Shown here: positions 17,364-26,597 of the stretch, in pieces | Position numbering within the stretch: the stretch's first letter is position 1 | How the letters are laid out: each line of letters starts with the position of its first letter | Source of the DNA: Patescibacteria group bacterium | Lineage (GTDB): Bacteria > Patescibacteriota > UBA1384 > XYA2-FULL-43-10 > 1-14-0-10-43-13 | Reading direction: 5' to 3' | Assembly (NCBI GenBank): GCA_038078835.1 | Contig: JBBTQI010000003.1 | Span: 2,196-66,195, forward strand | Length of the DNA: 64,000 bases | Made by a program: the position numbers and the translations under genes | The notes under the pieces: model-generated | Told to the model about the DNA's origin: nothing | What the model saw: the letters and a program-made list of their open reading frames with translations, nothing else | The model's database searches: none

Positions 17364-18491
17364 TCACTTTAATCCTCTCCCTTTGAAGGGGAGAGGGGAG
17401 GGGGAGGGTTTGGCTTGTGAGCGTTTGCCGTGAAAAGCTTGGTGAACTTCGCGCAGATGCTGATCGGTAACATGGGTATAGACTTGAGTGGTGGTGATGG
17501 AAGAGTGGCCCAAAAGCGACTGGACGCTCCGAACATCGGCGCCGTTAATTAAGAGATCGGTGGCAAAGGAGTGGCGCAAGGTGTGCGGCGATACCTTTTT
17601 AGTGAGACCGGCTTTCCTGGCCGCTTTCTCGACAATACGCTGGACACTTCGAACCGCGAGACGCCCGCCCCGGGGGGAAGAGAAAAGGGGCTCATTATCA
17701 CTTAAGGCCGGAGACCTAAGGCCGGAGACCAAATTGCTATTACCTTCAGCCTTCAGCCTTAGACCTTGGGCTGATTTGCCTTCAGCCTTAGACCTTCGGC
17801 CTTGAGCTGATTCGCCTTGGGCCTTGGGCATGGGGCCTTCGGCATAATTCTTCAACCAATATTTTGCGCTCTCTGAAAGAAAAACGACCCGAAGCTTCTT
17901 GCCCTTACCCAACACGGCAATCTCACCTCGTTCGAGATTTATCTGGTCCCGGTCAAGGGCGACCAACTCCGAGACTCGCACCCCCGTTGAAAAAAGAACC
18001 TCCAGAATCGTCCGATCGCGCAAACCGGAAGTTTTAGCAACATCGACAGACTCTAAAACGCTTCTAAGCTCCTCCGTTTCCAGAAAACTGATCTCGCGAT
18101 CCCCCGTTTTAGCGATAACAACCTTCTCCGGCGGTAAAGTCATAATCCCCCGCCAAGAGAGATAGCGCAAAAAAGCCCTAAGGGCTAGGGCATGATAATT
18201 TTGTGTCGTCTTCTTAAGCTCTTGCCCCTTCTTGTCGCCCAATCGATTGATGTAAAGCCGGTAGTGCCGCACCGTCTCTTGGGTAATCATTTCTGGCATA
18301 AGGCCGGAGGCCACATCCTTTTCGCCTTCGACCTTAGGCCTTTGGCCTTCGGCAACATAATCCTTCAGCCACGTTAAAAAACGATTAAGGTAGCGGTCAT
18401 ATCCGGCAATCGTTAAAGTTGACTGGCCCTTGTCCAGCTCGCAATACTCCAAAAACTCGCGTTTTAATTGAAATAAATCATTCATTATCAT
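17364..18491 (-). CDS. xerD: Tyrosine recombinase XerC/XerD family, carrying in-frame repeat insertions
   Basis: HTLRHSFATDLLINGADVRSVQSLLGHSSITTTQVYTHV (R..HxxR..Y catalytic box). Two family-2 repeat insertions (17697-17835, 18298-18360). The C-terminal tail and stop codon lie inside a family-1 palindrome (17361-17410). Confidence 0.85.
   Translation of the reverse strand: MIMNDLFQLKREFLEYCELDKGQSTLTIAGYDRYLNRFLTWLKDYVAEGQRPKVEGEKDVASGLMPEMITQETVRHYRLYINRLGDKKGQELKKTTQNYHALALRAFLRYLSWRGIMTLPPEKVVIAKTGDREISFLETEELRSVLESVDVAKTSGLRDRTILEVLFSTGVRVSELVALDRDQINLERGEIAVLGKGKKLRVVFLSESAKYWLKNYAEGPMPKAQGESAQGRRSKAEGKSAQGLRLKAEGNSNLVSGLRSPALSDNEPLFSSPRGGRLAVRSVQRIVEKAARKAGLTKKVSPHTLRHSFATDLLINGADVRSVQSLLGHSSITTTQVYTHVTDQHLREVHQAFHGKRSQAKPSPSPLPFKGRGLK
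17697..17835. repeat. GC-rich palindromic element, family 2 (AGGCCGAAGGC / GCCTTCGGCCT theme), inside xerD
   Basis: aaggccggagacctaaggccggagacc...ccttcagccttcagccttagaccttgg...ccttcggccttgagctgattcgccttgggccttgggc. The translated segment KAQGESAQGRRSKAEGKSAQGLRLKAEGNSNLVSGLRSPALSDN recurs in uppP and tsaD. Confidence 0.6.
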
Positions 18492-18608
18492 AAATGGATG
18501 ACTAATTGGTCTAAATAACAAATGACGAATATTCATATCCCCTCTATCTCCCTCCCGCATCGAGTACGGGACAGGCTCTACCTTAGGGGGAGAACCATTG
18601 GTTGTTCG

Positions 18609-19241
18609 TTATTTGGAAAATTCGTTATCCATTTCTGGTTGTGCTGTGGCATACTCCCAATGCCTCTCATATTTATGAACAAAGCGATAGGCCAGAACAC
18701 CGGACAAAACTCCCAGGATGGCGCCGGCGGCAGTATCAGAGGGGTAGTGCAGGCCCGTTCCAATCCGACCCAGCGCCACGCCGAAAGCAAGGATAAGCAA
18801 AGCTATGCCCAAACGACGGTGGCCATAGAGATAAACACTGATAGCAATGGCAAAAACAATATAGGTGTGACTGGAGGGAAATGAGCTCATCCTCTCGACC
18901 GAGAAGAGACTAAGAGAGGGATTAACGATGTCTTCGTGGGTAACAAAGGGGCGGGGGCGGCGCCAAAAAACGAAAATGATCAGGTCGGTCATTGCACCAA
19001 GGCCCATCGCGATGAAGGAGCAGATAAAAGCATTGATTCTTTTGCGCCAGATCAGATAGGTGAAGGAAAGCAGAAAAATCGCCATACCGAACTTGGCAAA
19101 GAAAAAAAAGAGTCGGTAAAACCAGGGATTGCCCTCGCCTAAATTATAGAAGAAATAATAAATCGTAAAATCATAACTACGCAAAGAATCAAAAAAGCTT
19201 TCCATAACCCTATGATAACACTCAGAGAAACCGGTTAGCAA
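18609..19241 (-). CDS. PAP2-family phosphatase (acid phosphatase / undecaprenyl-PP phosphatase-like membrane protein)
   Basis: PAP2 motifs ...RRPRP, SFPSSHT, RIGTGLHYPSDTAAG. The true start may be the internal Met MESFFDSL (~19205). Confidence 0.7.
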   Translation of the reverse strand: MLTGFSECYHRVMESFFDSLRSYDFTIYYFFYNLGEGNPWFYRLFFFFAKFGMAIFLLSFTYLIWRKRINAFICSFIAMGLGAMTDLIIFVFWRRPRPFVTHEDIVNPSLSLFSVERMSSFPSSHTYIVFAIAISVYLYGHRRLGIALLILAFGVALGRIGTGLHYPSDTAAGAILGVLSGVLAYRFVHKYERHWEYATAQPEMDNEFSK

Positions 19242-19261
19242 ATCAGTGTTTCTTTGATAAA

Positions 19262-20170
19262 ATGATAACTATGCAAGAATTCTTTCAGTCTCTGGTAATC
19301 GGCGCCATCCAGGGCATCACCGAATTTCTGCCGATCTCCTCGTCGGGGCACCTGGTCTTGGTCCCTTATCTTTTTGGTTGGGACTATCAGGGTCTCTCAT
19401 TTGATGTCGCCCTTCATTTTGGCACCGCCCTTGCTGTTATTGCCTACTTCCGGCGGGACTGGATAAAGATCATCGCTAAAGGCCTAAGGCTGAAGGCTGA
19501 AGGCAATAGCAATTTGGCCTCCGGCCTTAGGCCTCCGGCCTTAGGCTTTTCCGCTTCCAGCCCTAGGCCTCCGGCCTTAGGCAAAAATTTGCTGTGGCAA
19601 ATTTTAATCGCTTCCATTCCGGCGGCGATTGCCGGCATCTTGATCAACGACTATGTTGAATCAACTCTCCACTCTCCTCTCTTGCTCGCCGCTAACCTGA
19701 TTATCTTTGGCTGGCTTCTCTGGTATGCCGACAAACGAGCTGCCTTCGGCCTTTGGCCTTCGGCCTTCGCCCATTCGATTTCCACTCAGGGCGATCTGAG
19801 TCTATCGAAGATCGGCCTTCGGCACGCCTTGTTTATTGGTCTGGCTCAATCTCTTGCCCTGGTCCCCGGCGTCTCCCGCTCCGGCATCACCATCACCGCC
19901 GCTCGCAGCCTCGGCCTGAATCGGGAAGCGGCAACCCGCTTCTCCTTTCTCCTCGGTACTCCGGCGATTGTCGGCGCCTTTCTCTATAAATTCAAGGATA
20001 TCGATATTGCCCTAATTAACCTTCCCTTTATTGTTGCCACACTGGCGGCAATGGTCTTTGGTTTTCTTGCGATCAAGTATTTGCTACAATATTTAAGAAA
20101 GAGCGATTTCTCCGTTTTTTTGTGGTATCGAGTCGCACTAGCCATAATCGTGCTCTTCGGAGGGAAATGA
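19262..20170 (+). CDS. uppP: Undecaprenyl-diphosphatase UppP/BacA, carrying in-frame repeat insertions
   Basis: N-terminus LVIGAIQGITEFLPISSSGHL, and a C-terminal GVSRSGITITAA motif. Family-2 repeat insertions at 19478-19582 and 19742-19772 encode LRLKAEGNSNLASGLRPPALG and FAHSISTQGDLSLSKIGL. Both peptides also occur in xerD and tsaD. Confidence 0.85.
   Translation: MITMQEFFQSLVIGAIQGITEFLPISSSGHLVLVPYLFGWDYQGLSFDVALHFGTALAVIAYFRRDWIKIIAKGLRLKAEGNSNLASGLRPPALGFSASSPRPPALGKNLLWQILIASIPAAIAGILINDYVESTLHSPLLLAANLIIFGWLLWYADKRAAFGLWPSAFAHSISTQGDLSLSKIGLRHALFIGLAQSLALVPGVSRSGITITAARSLGLNREAATRFSFLLGTPAIVGAFLYKFKDIDIALINLPFIVATLAAMVFGFLAIKYLLQYLRKSDFSVFLWYRVALAIIVLFGGK
19478..19582. repeat. GC-rich palindromic element, family 2, inside uppP
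   Basis: aggcctaaggctgaaggctgaaggc...ggcctccggccttaggcctccggccttaggc. Confidence 0.6.
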
Positions 20171-20872
20171 ATGGCCGAGGAAACCAAGGTAAAACCTGCC
20201 GCAACCGAACCAAAACCAGTGAAGGTTGCGGCAAATGAGCAAAAGATCGATATCAAAAAGTACTTTCCTTTGATCAAGTGGTTAATAATAACCGCAATCG
20301 TTTTAGCTGTTCTCTACTTTGGGACACTGCCTGTCCGCAGCCGCCTCTCGGAAAAGTATCTCAAGCAAGGCGACCAACTCTTGGTTCAAAAACAGTATCT
20401 CTCTGCCGACCTGGCGTACCGGAAAGCCGAGATACTCTCGTCTAAAAACAAAGTAATCAAAGAGCGCCGGCACACTGCCAAAGAAGCGGCAGCCGATATT
20501 AAACTGCTTCTTCCCTTCTGGCAAGAGAAGGGCGAGCTGACTCAACTAAGTCTCTATGATGATGCCAATGCCGTGCCGGCAAATGAAGTTGAAGCAGTCA
20601 GGCTGGCACGCCGCCTGATTGAGCAAAATGAGCCCCAACTGGCGCTGATTCCAACCCAAACCGCCCTGGATATGGATAAAAACTATCGCGACGCCTGGCT
20701 CTACCTTGGCGCCGCCAACCTTCAGGCCGCCAAGATCCTCGAGATCTCCGCCGATGCCCGCAGTCATTACCTTAATCAGGCCAAATCCGCTCTCGAGAAA
20801 GCCCGGGAGCTCGACCCGACCTATAAACCAACCCACGACCTCCTGGCTCAGATCACAGAACCGAAAACTTAA
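20171..20872 (+). CDS. Hypothetical membrane-anchored protein, possibly TPR-like
   Basis: N-terminal TM helix (LIKWLIITAIVLAVLYFG), then a helical region with YRDAWLYLGAANLQAAK... resembling TPR. Confidence 0.4.
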   Translation: MAEETKVKPAATEPKPVKVAANEQKIDIKKYFPLIKWLIITAIVLAVLYFGTLPVRSRLSEKYLKQGDQLLVQKQYLSADLAYRKAEILSSKNKVIKERRHTAKEAAADIKLLLPFWQEKGELTQLSLYDDANAVPANEVEAVRLARRLIEQNEPQLALIPTQTALDMDKNYRDAWLYLGAANLQAAKILEISADARSHYLNQAKSALEKARELDPTYKPTHDLLAQITEPKT

Positions 20873-20899
20873 ACAAGAGTAAGAAAAATAAAGTCGTAG

Positions 20900-21448
20900 A
20901 TGAAAAAAGAGATTCCTAAAAAATTCTTCAATGGAAAAATATGCATTTTTATCGACGCCGCGAATGTTATTTATTCGCTGCGAAATTTGGGTTGGAAAAT
21001 TGATTACAAATTGCTTCAAAGATTCTTTGAAGCGCAGGGTGAATTGGTAGATATTTTCTTTTATACAGCATACTTTGACTCTGATCTCGGCCTGAAAAAT
21101 CTGCTGGAAATGCTTTCCAGAAAAGGTTTCATAATCCGAAGCAAAGAAGTAAAACAAATTAGAACACCTGGGGGTATCATACATAAAGCAAACTGTGACG
21201 TTGAGCTTGCCATGGATGTGATGACGCACTATTCGCGGCTTGATACCGCAGTAATAATGAGCGGTGACAGTGATTTTACGCCCCTGATAAAATTTCTTAA
21301 ATCCAAAAAGAAAAAGGTTGTGGTAATCTCGACTAGAGGACATGTCTCAAAAGAGGTAGTAGAATCAGCAGATATTTTTCTTCATTTCGGCCTCTTTAGA
21401 GATAAATGGGAACTAAAATCAAAGAACCCCGCGAAGCGAGGCTCTTGA
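20900..21448 (+). CDS. NYN-domain (LabA-like, PIN-like) protein
   Basis: ICIFIDAANV...CDVELAMDVM...IMSGDSDFTPL conserved acidic residues of the NYN/LabA family. Confidence 0.7.
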   Translation: MKKEIPKKFFNGKICIFIDAANVIYSLRNLGWKIDYKLLQRFFEAQGELVDIFFYTAYFDSDLGLKNLLEMLSRKGFIIRSKEVKQIRTPGGIIHKANCDVELAMDVMTHYSRLDTAVIMSGDSDFTPLIKFLKSKKKKVVVISTRGHVSKEVVESADIFLHFGLFRDKWELKSKNPAKRGS

Positions 21449-21508
21449 TGAAGTTTCTGTCTAGAGACTAACATGAAGCAACTGTTTCTGTCAAGAGGAA
21501 ATTTTTGC

Positions 21509-23320
21509 ATGACTATAGAGGGATTTAAAAAAGTTGTCTCTATCACTCTCCTTACGGCCACGCTGACCGCCCTTTTGCCAGTGGGACAGATCAATGCTCA
21601 AGAGCCCTCAGGACTCAATCCAGGCACTAACACCGGCCAACCCAAGACCCCAGCACCGCCCGCCGCAACCACGCCGTCACCACCAGATCCATCAGATGAA
21701 ACTAAGTGGGAATATATTGTCAGCGAATCTGGTTCTAACGCTTCAATGGCAGAAGAAAGCTTAAAAGACAAAACGATTAGCGGAAGGGTTTTCCCTACCG
21801 ACCAACGAGGGAAATCTTATTTTGAATATGACAATCAAAAATTATCTGCTTTTATGGTAACTGTAAATTCTTCCGGTAATTTTCCAAAAACGCTCTATCT
21901 TCTTACTGGATACAAGGGCTACTCCGAAAAAGAGGCGATTCTATACATGGCTCTGCCATTTTATTTCTCTGATCAAAGCGGCCTTGTAACTTCCGATAAA
22001 AATACTCTTGCCTTTATGCGAGATCCGGAAAATTATTATATCGGAGACGAAAACACACTCGACTCCGTCTCGTATTTTCAGCCCAATAGTACAATGGGTG
22101 GAAAAAGTCAGGGAAAGGTATTAAAAGAAAAACTCTATAACGGGAGGTACTTAGTCATAATACACTCCAATAATGGGGGGTTAGCCACAGGCAAGGCGCG
22201 AGAAAACATGGCTTACAACTATTTTGGCCTCAGTGCAACCAATAACTTAAATGAAATTAATTACCTGAATCGACTAATCGGTGCCGTTCAGGATAACGAA
22301 GAAATTGATGTTAGAGAGGTGAGACCGAGCACGGGAATTGATGACTGTAAAGATAAGTTTATCACTCCATTAATGAGCTCGGAAACAAACCGCCAAAAAC
22401 TAGCTGATGAGCTCAACAAATACAAAGAACAACTCGAGAAAGCCAACCAAGATAAAAAAGATCGTTATAAAAGCCTGATTAATGCCTATGATGCCATCTT
22501 GGGAGGAAAGAAGGTAACTAAAGATAACGTAAAAAACTTAATCTCCGAAAAGGATGACAAGGAGCTTTATAATACCTTCTATGCCTCTGACGAGGCAATG
22601 AAAGGGCAATATTCGGATCGTAAACCGACAAACAAAATGCTCGCCCAATTTTCAGATTTAACAACCAGTTATGCCGCCAAATTACCGTACTACAAAATGG
22701 ATTATGACAAGGGTGATATCACCACAACTGCCGCCGGAACCGGAACCGGGGCTGTTATATCAATAAGCGCTCTCGCGGCTTCAGCAAAAATAGCAGCTGG
22801 GGCGGCGGCGGCTAACGCCGCAACAGCAATAAATCCTGCAATAGTGTTGGCTGGTAATTCTTCCGGCATAGTGATGACCGGTGCCGCGCTTGGTACAGTG
22901 GGCGGTATTGCTGTTGGTGTAGCAGGAGCATCGGCAACGTATATGACCTATATAATTCAAGAAAGGGTTGCCTTCGCGCATGCCAACCAAGACGCAATAC
23001 GCTTTTATACCAAGATGTCGTTAGCTCTGTATTATGCTTACCAGTGCAACGAGTACAACAAGTGTTTAAAAGCTAACGATGATGATGCGGGTTATGTAAA
23101 TGAAAAAATAATTGCCGATTTAATTGACCACATGAACCAAGCGCAAAAAACAAAAGAGTTGGTCGAAGCCGAATGTAACGTCAGCGAGGGTGGTAAAGTA
23201 GAGGAAATGATTAAGGAAGCGCTTTGTAATCTCCTCCAGATAATTCACAATTTTACTAAATCGGTTTTTGAATTTGGTGCTACCAAGCTCGAGGAGTCAA
23301 TTGGTATCCAAGTTAAATAA
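21509..23320 (+). CDS. Secreted hypothetical protein with a Gly/Ala-rich hydrophobic C-terminal region (first gene of the T4SS-like locus)
   Basis: Start moved to MTIEGFKKVVSITLLTATLTALLPVGQINAQEP (signal peptide). A Pro/Thr linker follows. The C-terminal part has ~70 aa of G/A/I-rich helices (ISISALAASAKIAAGAAAANAATAINPAIVLAG...). Confidence 0.45.
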   Translation: MTIEGFKKVVSITLLTATLTALLPVGQINAQEPSGLNPGTNTGQPKTPAPPAATTPSPPDPSDETKWEYIVSESGSNASMAEESLKDKTISGRVFPTDQRGKSYFEYDNQKLSAFMVTVNSSGNFPKTLYLLTGYKGYSEKEAILYMALPFYFSDQSGLVTSDKNTLAFMRDPENYYIGDENTLDSVSYFQPNSTMGGKSQGKVLKEKLYNGRYLVIIHSNNGGLATGKARENMAYNYFGLSATNNLNEINYLNRLIGAVQDNEEIDVREVRPSTGIDDCKDKFITPLMSSETNRQKLADELNKYKEQLEKANQDKKDRYKSLINAYDAILGGKKVTKDNVKNLISEKDDKELYNTFYASDEAMKGQYSDRKPTNKMLAQFSDLTTSYAAKLPYYKMDYDKGDITTTAAGTGTGAVISISALAASAKIAAGAAAANAATAINPAIVLAGNSSGIVMTGAALGTVGGIAVGVAGASATYMTYIIQERVAFAHANQDAIRFYTKMSLALYYAYQCNEYNKCLKANDDDAGYVNEKIIADLIDHMNQAQKTKELVEAECNVSEGGKVEEMIKEALCNLLQIIHNFTKSVFEFGATKLEESIGIQVK

Positions 23321-23326
23321 GGTGAC

Positions 23327-26161
23327 ATGACAAGACTTTGGCAAAGAAAAATTTTTAAGACTGGAGCAATTTTAACGCCAGCTCTTCTTGTTCTGTTAAT
23401 TCCAAGCATAACTTATGCCATTGAGCCGGTCTGGAAAGTCCTCTCCGACACCACCACAGAGACCAGTTTTGGTTACGCCGTGGCCGAACGATGGAAAACT
23501 GTCCTAAACATGATTAATACATTAGTGGTGGCTGTTCTCATTTTTGTCGCCTTTGCCCAAATTCTCCACCTTAACATTAACACTTATGGCATTAAAAAGG
23601 TTATGCCCAGCTTGATATTTGCCGTTATCGCCGCCAACTTCAGTTTTCTAATTTGCCGTTTCTTAATTGATATCGCCAACATCGCCATGATCGCTCTTAT
23701 CAAACCGGAAGAAGCAAACAATGCCGCAGCTAAATTTACCGGTGCTTTTGGCACCCCTGAATTTCACAATCCTTTCGCCGTCCAGCCTGGAAAAACTCCG
23801 ATAGAATTATTGCTTGATATGATCTTTATGTTGGTCGCCGGAATAATGATGCTGATGCTGGCCTATCTCCTCTTTATTCGCAACTGGATCCTATATTTTC
23901 TGGTTGTTCTCGCTCCCCTGGCCTTTATGGCCACCGTTTTGCCGCAGACCAAAAGTGTTTTCAACCAGTGGTGGTCCAACTTTATCAAGTGGACTTTTAT
24001 GCCCGTTGTTTCGATCTTTTGGATCTGGCTAGCAAGTCTATGGATAACTGATAAAACCTCCGGGCAAGCAATCTATCTGACAACACTATTTGCCTTGGCA
24101 GCGATGTACCTTGCCCTGACAACGCCGTTTAAGATGGGCGGGGCGATTATGGGCCAGTGGGCCGGCCTGGGCAAAAAACTCTGGGGGTCAACCGGCGGTG
24201 CACTCCTGGGAAACGCCGGCGCTCTGGCAAAAGCCAAGGGTCAAAGTTGGCTTGAGTCGCAAGGTGCGGGCGACAAGTGGTATAGCAAGGCTAATCCGCT
24301 TGGCTGGCTAAAAAACTCCAAAGCAAGTTATGAGCGCGTATTGGAACACGAGAAAAAGACCCAAGAGCAGTACCAACAAAAACGCCGGGGGAATCTTCTG
24401 GGGCGCAATAAGAAATGGCAAAATATGTTTGCCGAAGAACAGACGTTTGGCGGCGACTGGGAGATGGCTGAGAAAAAGGCGATGAAAAATCTTCAAGAGT
24501 CGCCAAGGGGCCAAAGGTGGATGAAAGGTCGGGAAGAATGGCGAGCTGAGATGAAAGCCCTGGAAACGGAAATTGCCCATCGCGACAAAGAAGCCGCCCT
24601 AGGGGTCAGAGACGACCAAACAAACGCGGAGTTTTTTAAAAGAATTCTTGTAGCCACCAGACATGGTGCCATTGCCGAGAATGAAATCGCCGAACTTGAC
24701 AAGACTTTATCGGTTAATTTTGCCCGGAAAGAGGGGCCATTTGCAAATGATAAAGACCGGCGATTGTCCGACCTGTACTTTGCCACCCTAACTCGTAGTA
24801 AAGAACTTGACGAAATGGTCACAAAGGCCGACAACGATCGAGTCGAAGCTATACTTGCCGACCAGCTCCATGTCCATGACACCAAAGAAGCAATTGACAG
24901 AGGTACACGAGAATTGCAAAAGTTAAACCAACAAGAAGAAAGAATGCAAGAATTGATGCGGCGCGAACCAGCAAATGCTGCTGAACTAGTTGAACTAGGA
25001 GAGCTTCAACGCCAAGGGGGCGCAAGAAACATAAGGAAAAGTGAAATAGTTAGCGAACAAAACAGTGCTATCGCCAAAGCCCGCACTTTTGTCGAGGAAG
25101 GTATTGAGCAAGGCAAGACCTACCTTGCCGGTATGGTCGAGGGCAATACCATTAGAGGCTTTGCTGGACTAGTTGGCAACGATGAAGATCTAGGGAAACT
25201 AATGGCTTCCCGAGCCGGCAAGCTTATGAGTGCTGAAGTAAAAAGTGATGCCGACAAGTTACTTGACAAGATGACACCGGCAATGATCGCCGAAGAATTA
25301 CAAAACATCAACCCGCAAGTTTTAGAAAATTTTAAACAAGGCCGAAGATACGTCAATGTCCCCCTAGGACCTGAAGAAGGAGACGTGCCCACACTTAATC
25401 GAAAAATTGAAGCTCATGTTTTGGCTCTGGCTAAAGTTGCGCGCCAGGCAAATCACCCCGAGGCGCCCGATGCTCAAGTTGGTCTTGTTGGTATGCTAAC
25501 AGATAACGGCCTAGCCAAAGCAATAAATGCTTACAACAACCGCGTCCAACCTGCAGAACAGATCCAGACAAGAGAAGATCTTATCAGGAAGATGCGAGAC
25601 GGGGGAAGACCCGGAAGAGCCGCCTTTACCGCTGTTGTTAATCAACGTGACGTTGGCCTTCTGGATAATCCATCAGGTTATCTCTCGCTTGGTACGGATG
25701 AGGGGTCAACAGAGACCGCCAAAAGAATTATTCAGACCGTACAGCAGATCGACCCTCCCAACCTCCAGGCGCAAAATCTTAATTATCTCTACACAATAGC
25801 TTCCAAGGCTCACACTCCAGAATTCAGGGATATCGTCAAATTATTAAAACAAAACGGTGAATACACTCGAGAACTCTTAAGAGAAGCGCAAAAATCCCGA
25901 TATTTATTGGCAGCAGAAGAAACTCTGCATCGCGCCGGGATTACTGTTGATCAACACAACACCAGAGAATTAGCCCAGATCATTAAGACTGAACTGAAAA
26001 AGAGTGTTAGGGAGCGTAATCCCGAAGCGATGGTTGGCGGTATAAATAACTACATCCGAGGGAAAAATCCCAACACCAATTTCAGTATCGAGTCTATTTT
26101 GCACGAAACCCAAACACCAAATACGAAAGCAGCGAGTAATCCGACGGAGCCACGCAGATGA
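23327..26161 (+). CDS. Polytopic membrane protein, VirB6/TrbL-like, with a long C-terminal coiled-coil extension
   Basis: The N-terminal ~270 aa contain about six TM helices (LTPALLVLLIPSITYA, TLVVAVLIFVAFAQIL, LIFAVIAANFSFLICRFLIDIANIAMIAL, IFMLVAGIMMLMLAYLLFI, WILYFLVVLAPLAFMATVL, MPVVSIFWIWLASLWI). The next ~650 aa are charged and helical. The call is by architecture and context only. Confidence 0.4.
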   Translation: MTRLWQRKIFKTGAILTPALLVLLIPSITYAIEPVWKVLSDTTTETSFGYAVAERWKTVLNMINTLVVAVLIFVAFAQILHLNINTYGIKKVMPSLIFAVIAANFSFLICRFLIDIANIAMIALIKPEEANNAAAKFTGAFGTPEFHNPFAVQPGKTPIELLLDMIFMLVAGIMMLMLAYLLFIRNWILYFLVVLAPLAFMATVLPQTKSVFNQWWSNFIKWTFMPVVSIFWIWLASLWITDKTSGQAIYLTTLFALAAMYLALTTPFKMGGAIMGQWAGLGKKLWGSTGGALLGNAGALAKAKGQSWLESQGAGDKWYSKANPLGWLKNSKASYERVLEHEKKTQEQYQQKRRGNLLGRNKKWQNMFAEEQTFGGDWEMAEKKAMKNLQESPRGQRWMKGREEWRAEMKALETEIAHRDKEAALGVRDDQTNAEFFKRILVATRHGAIAENEIAELDKTLSVNFARKEGPFANDKDRRLSDLYFATLTRSKELDEMVTKADNDRVEAILADQLHVHDTKEAIDRGTRELQKLNQQEERMQELMRREPANAAELVELGELQRQGGARNIRKSEIVSEQNSAIAKARTFVEEGIEQGKTYLAGMVEGNTIRGFAGLVGNDEDLGKLMASRAGKLMSAEVKSDADKLLDKMTPAMIAEELQNINPQVLENFKQGRRYVNVPLGPEEGDVPTLNRKIEAHVLALAKVARQANHPEAPDAQVGLVGMLTDNGLAKAINAYNNRVQPAEQIQTREDLIRKMRDGGRPGRAAFTAVVNQRDVGLLDNPSGYLSLGTDEGSTETAKRIIQTVQQIDPPNLQAQNLNYLYTIASKAHTPEFRDIVKLLKQNGEYTRELLREAQKSRYLLAAEETLHRAGITVDQHNTRELAQIIKTELKKSVRERNPEAMVGGINNYIRGKNPNTNFSIESILHETQTPNTKAASNPTEPRR

Positions 26162-26595
26162 ATGATAAAGATTTAAATCTAATCATACGCCAATTGATGG
26201 TGCTTGAGGTGGCAGTGGAAACAATCGGCGTCTTGTCCGACCCTGATTATATTAATGATATACTTTTAAGGATTAAAACTCTAAGAGTGCATACTCCCCA
26301 GAAGATAATATCAACACACCAACACCTGCTAGAAACGCTGAATAAGGTCGACAGCCCCACTACGCGCCGTGAACAAATCCCCCCTCTTGTCCGCGATGCT
26401 CTGACACAAGCTGGAGTCGGGACCCAAGTCCCTCCGAGTCAACCCCAAGCCCGCGCTTGTCTACTAAAAACCATCAAAGCAACAGAAGCTTATATTGATT
26501 ATTTCAACGATTACCCCAATCAGCCGATTGATGTCGACAAGGTTAATGAGATAGCCATTAGAAAATTGCTGCGACAAAAGTTTGGGGAGGAATAG
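26158..26595 (+). CDS. Hypothetical protein
   Basis: 145-aa ORF that overlaps the previous stop (ATGA) and sits in the same operon-like run; no recognisable motif. Confidence 0.35.
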   Translation: MNDKDLNLIIRQLMVLEVAVETIGVLSDPDYINDILLRIKTLRVHTPQKIISTHQHLLETLNKVDSPTTRREQIPPLVRDALTQAGVGTQVPPSQPQARACLLKTIKATEAYIDYFNDYPNQPIDVDKVNEIAIRKLLRQKFGEE

Positions 26596-26597
26596 TT

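Noticed and set aside
20546-21343. 265-aa minus-strand ORF overlapping both the TPR-like gene and the NYN-domain gene
   Set aside because: It runs antisense to two ORFs with recognisable domains (NYN motifs on the plus strand). Its composition is odd (Cys/His/Phe-rich) and it has no motif. Treated as a spurious shadow ORF.
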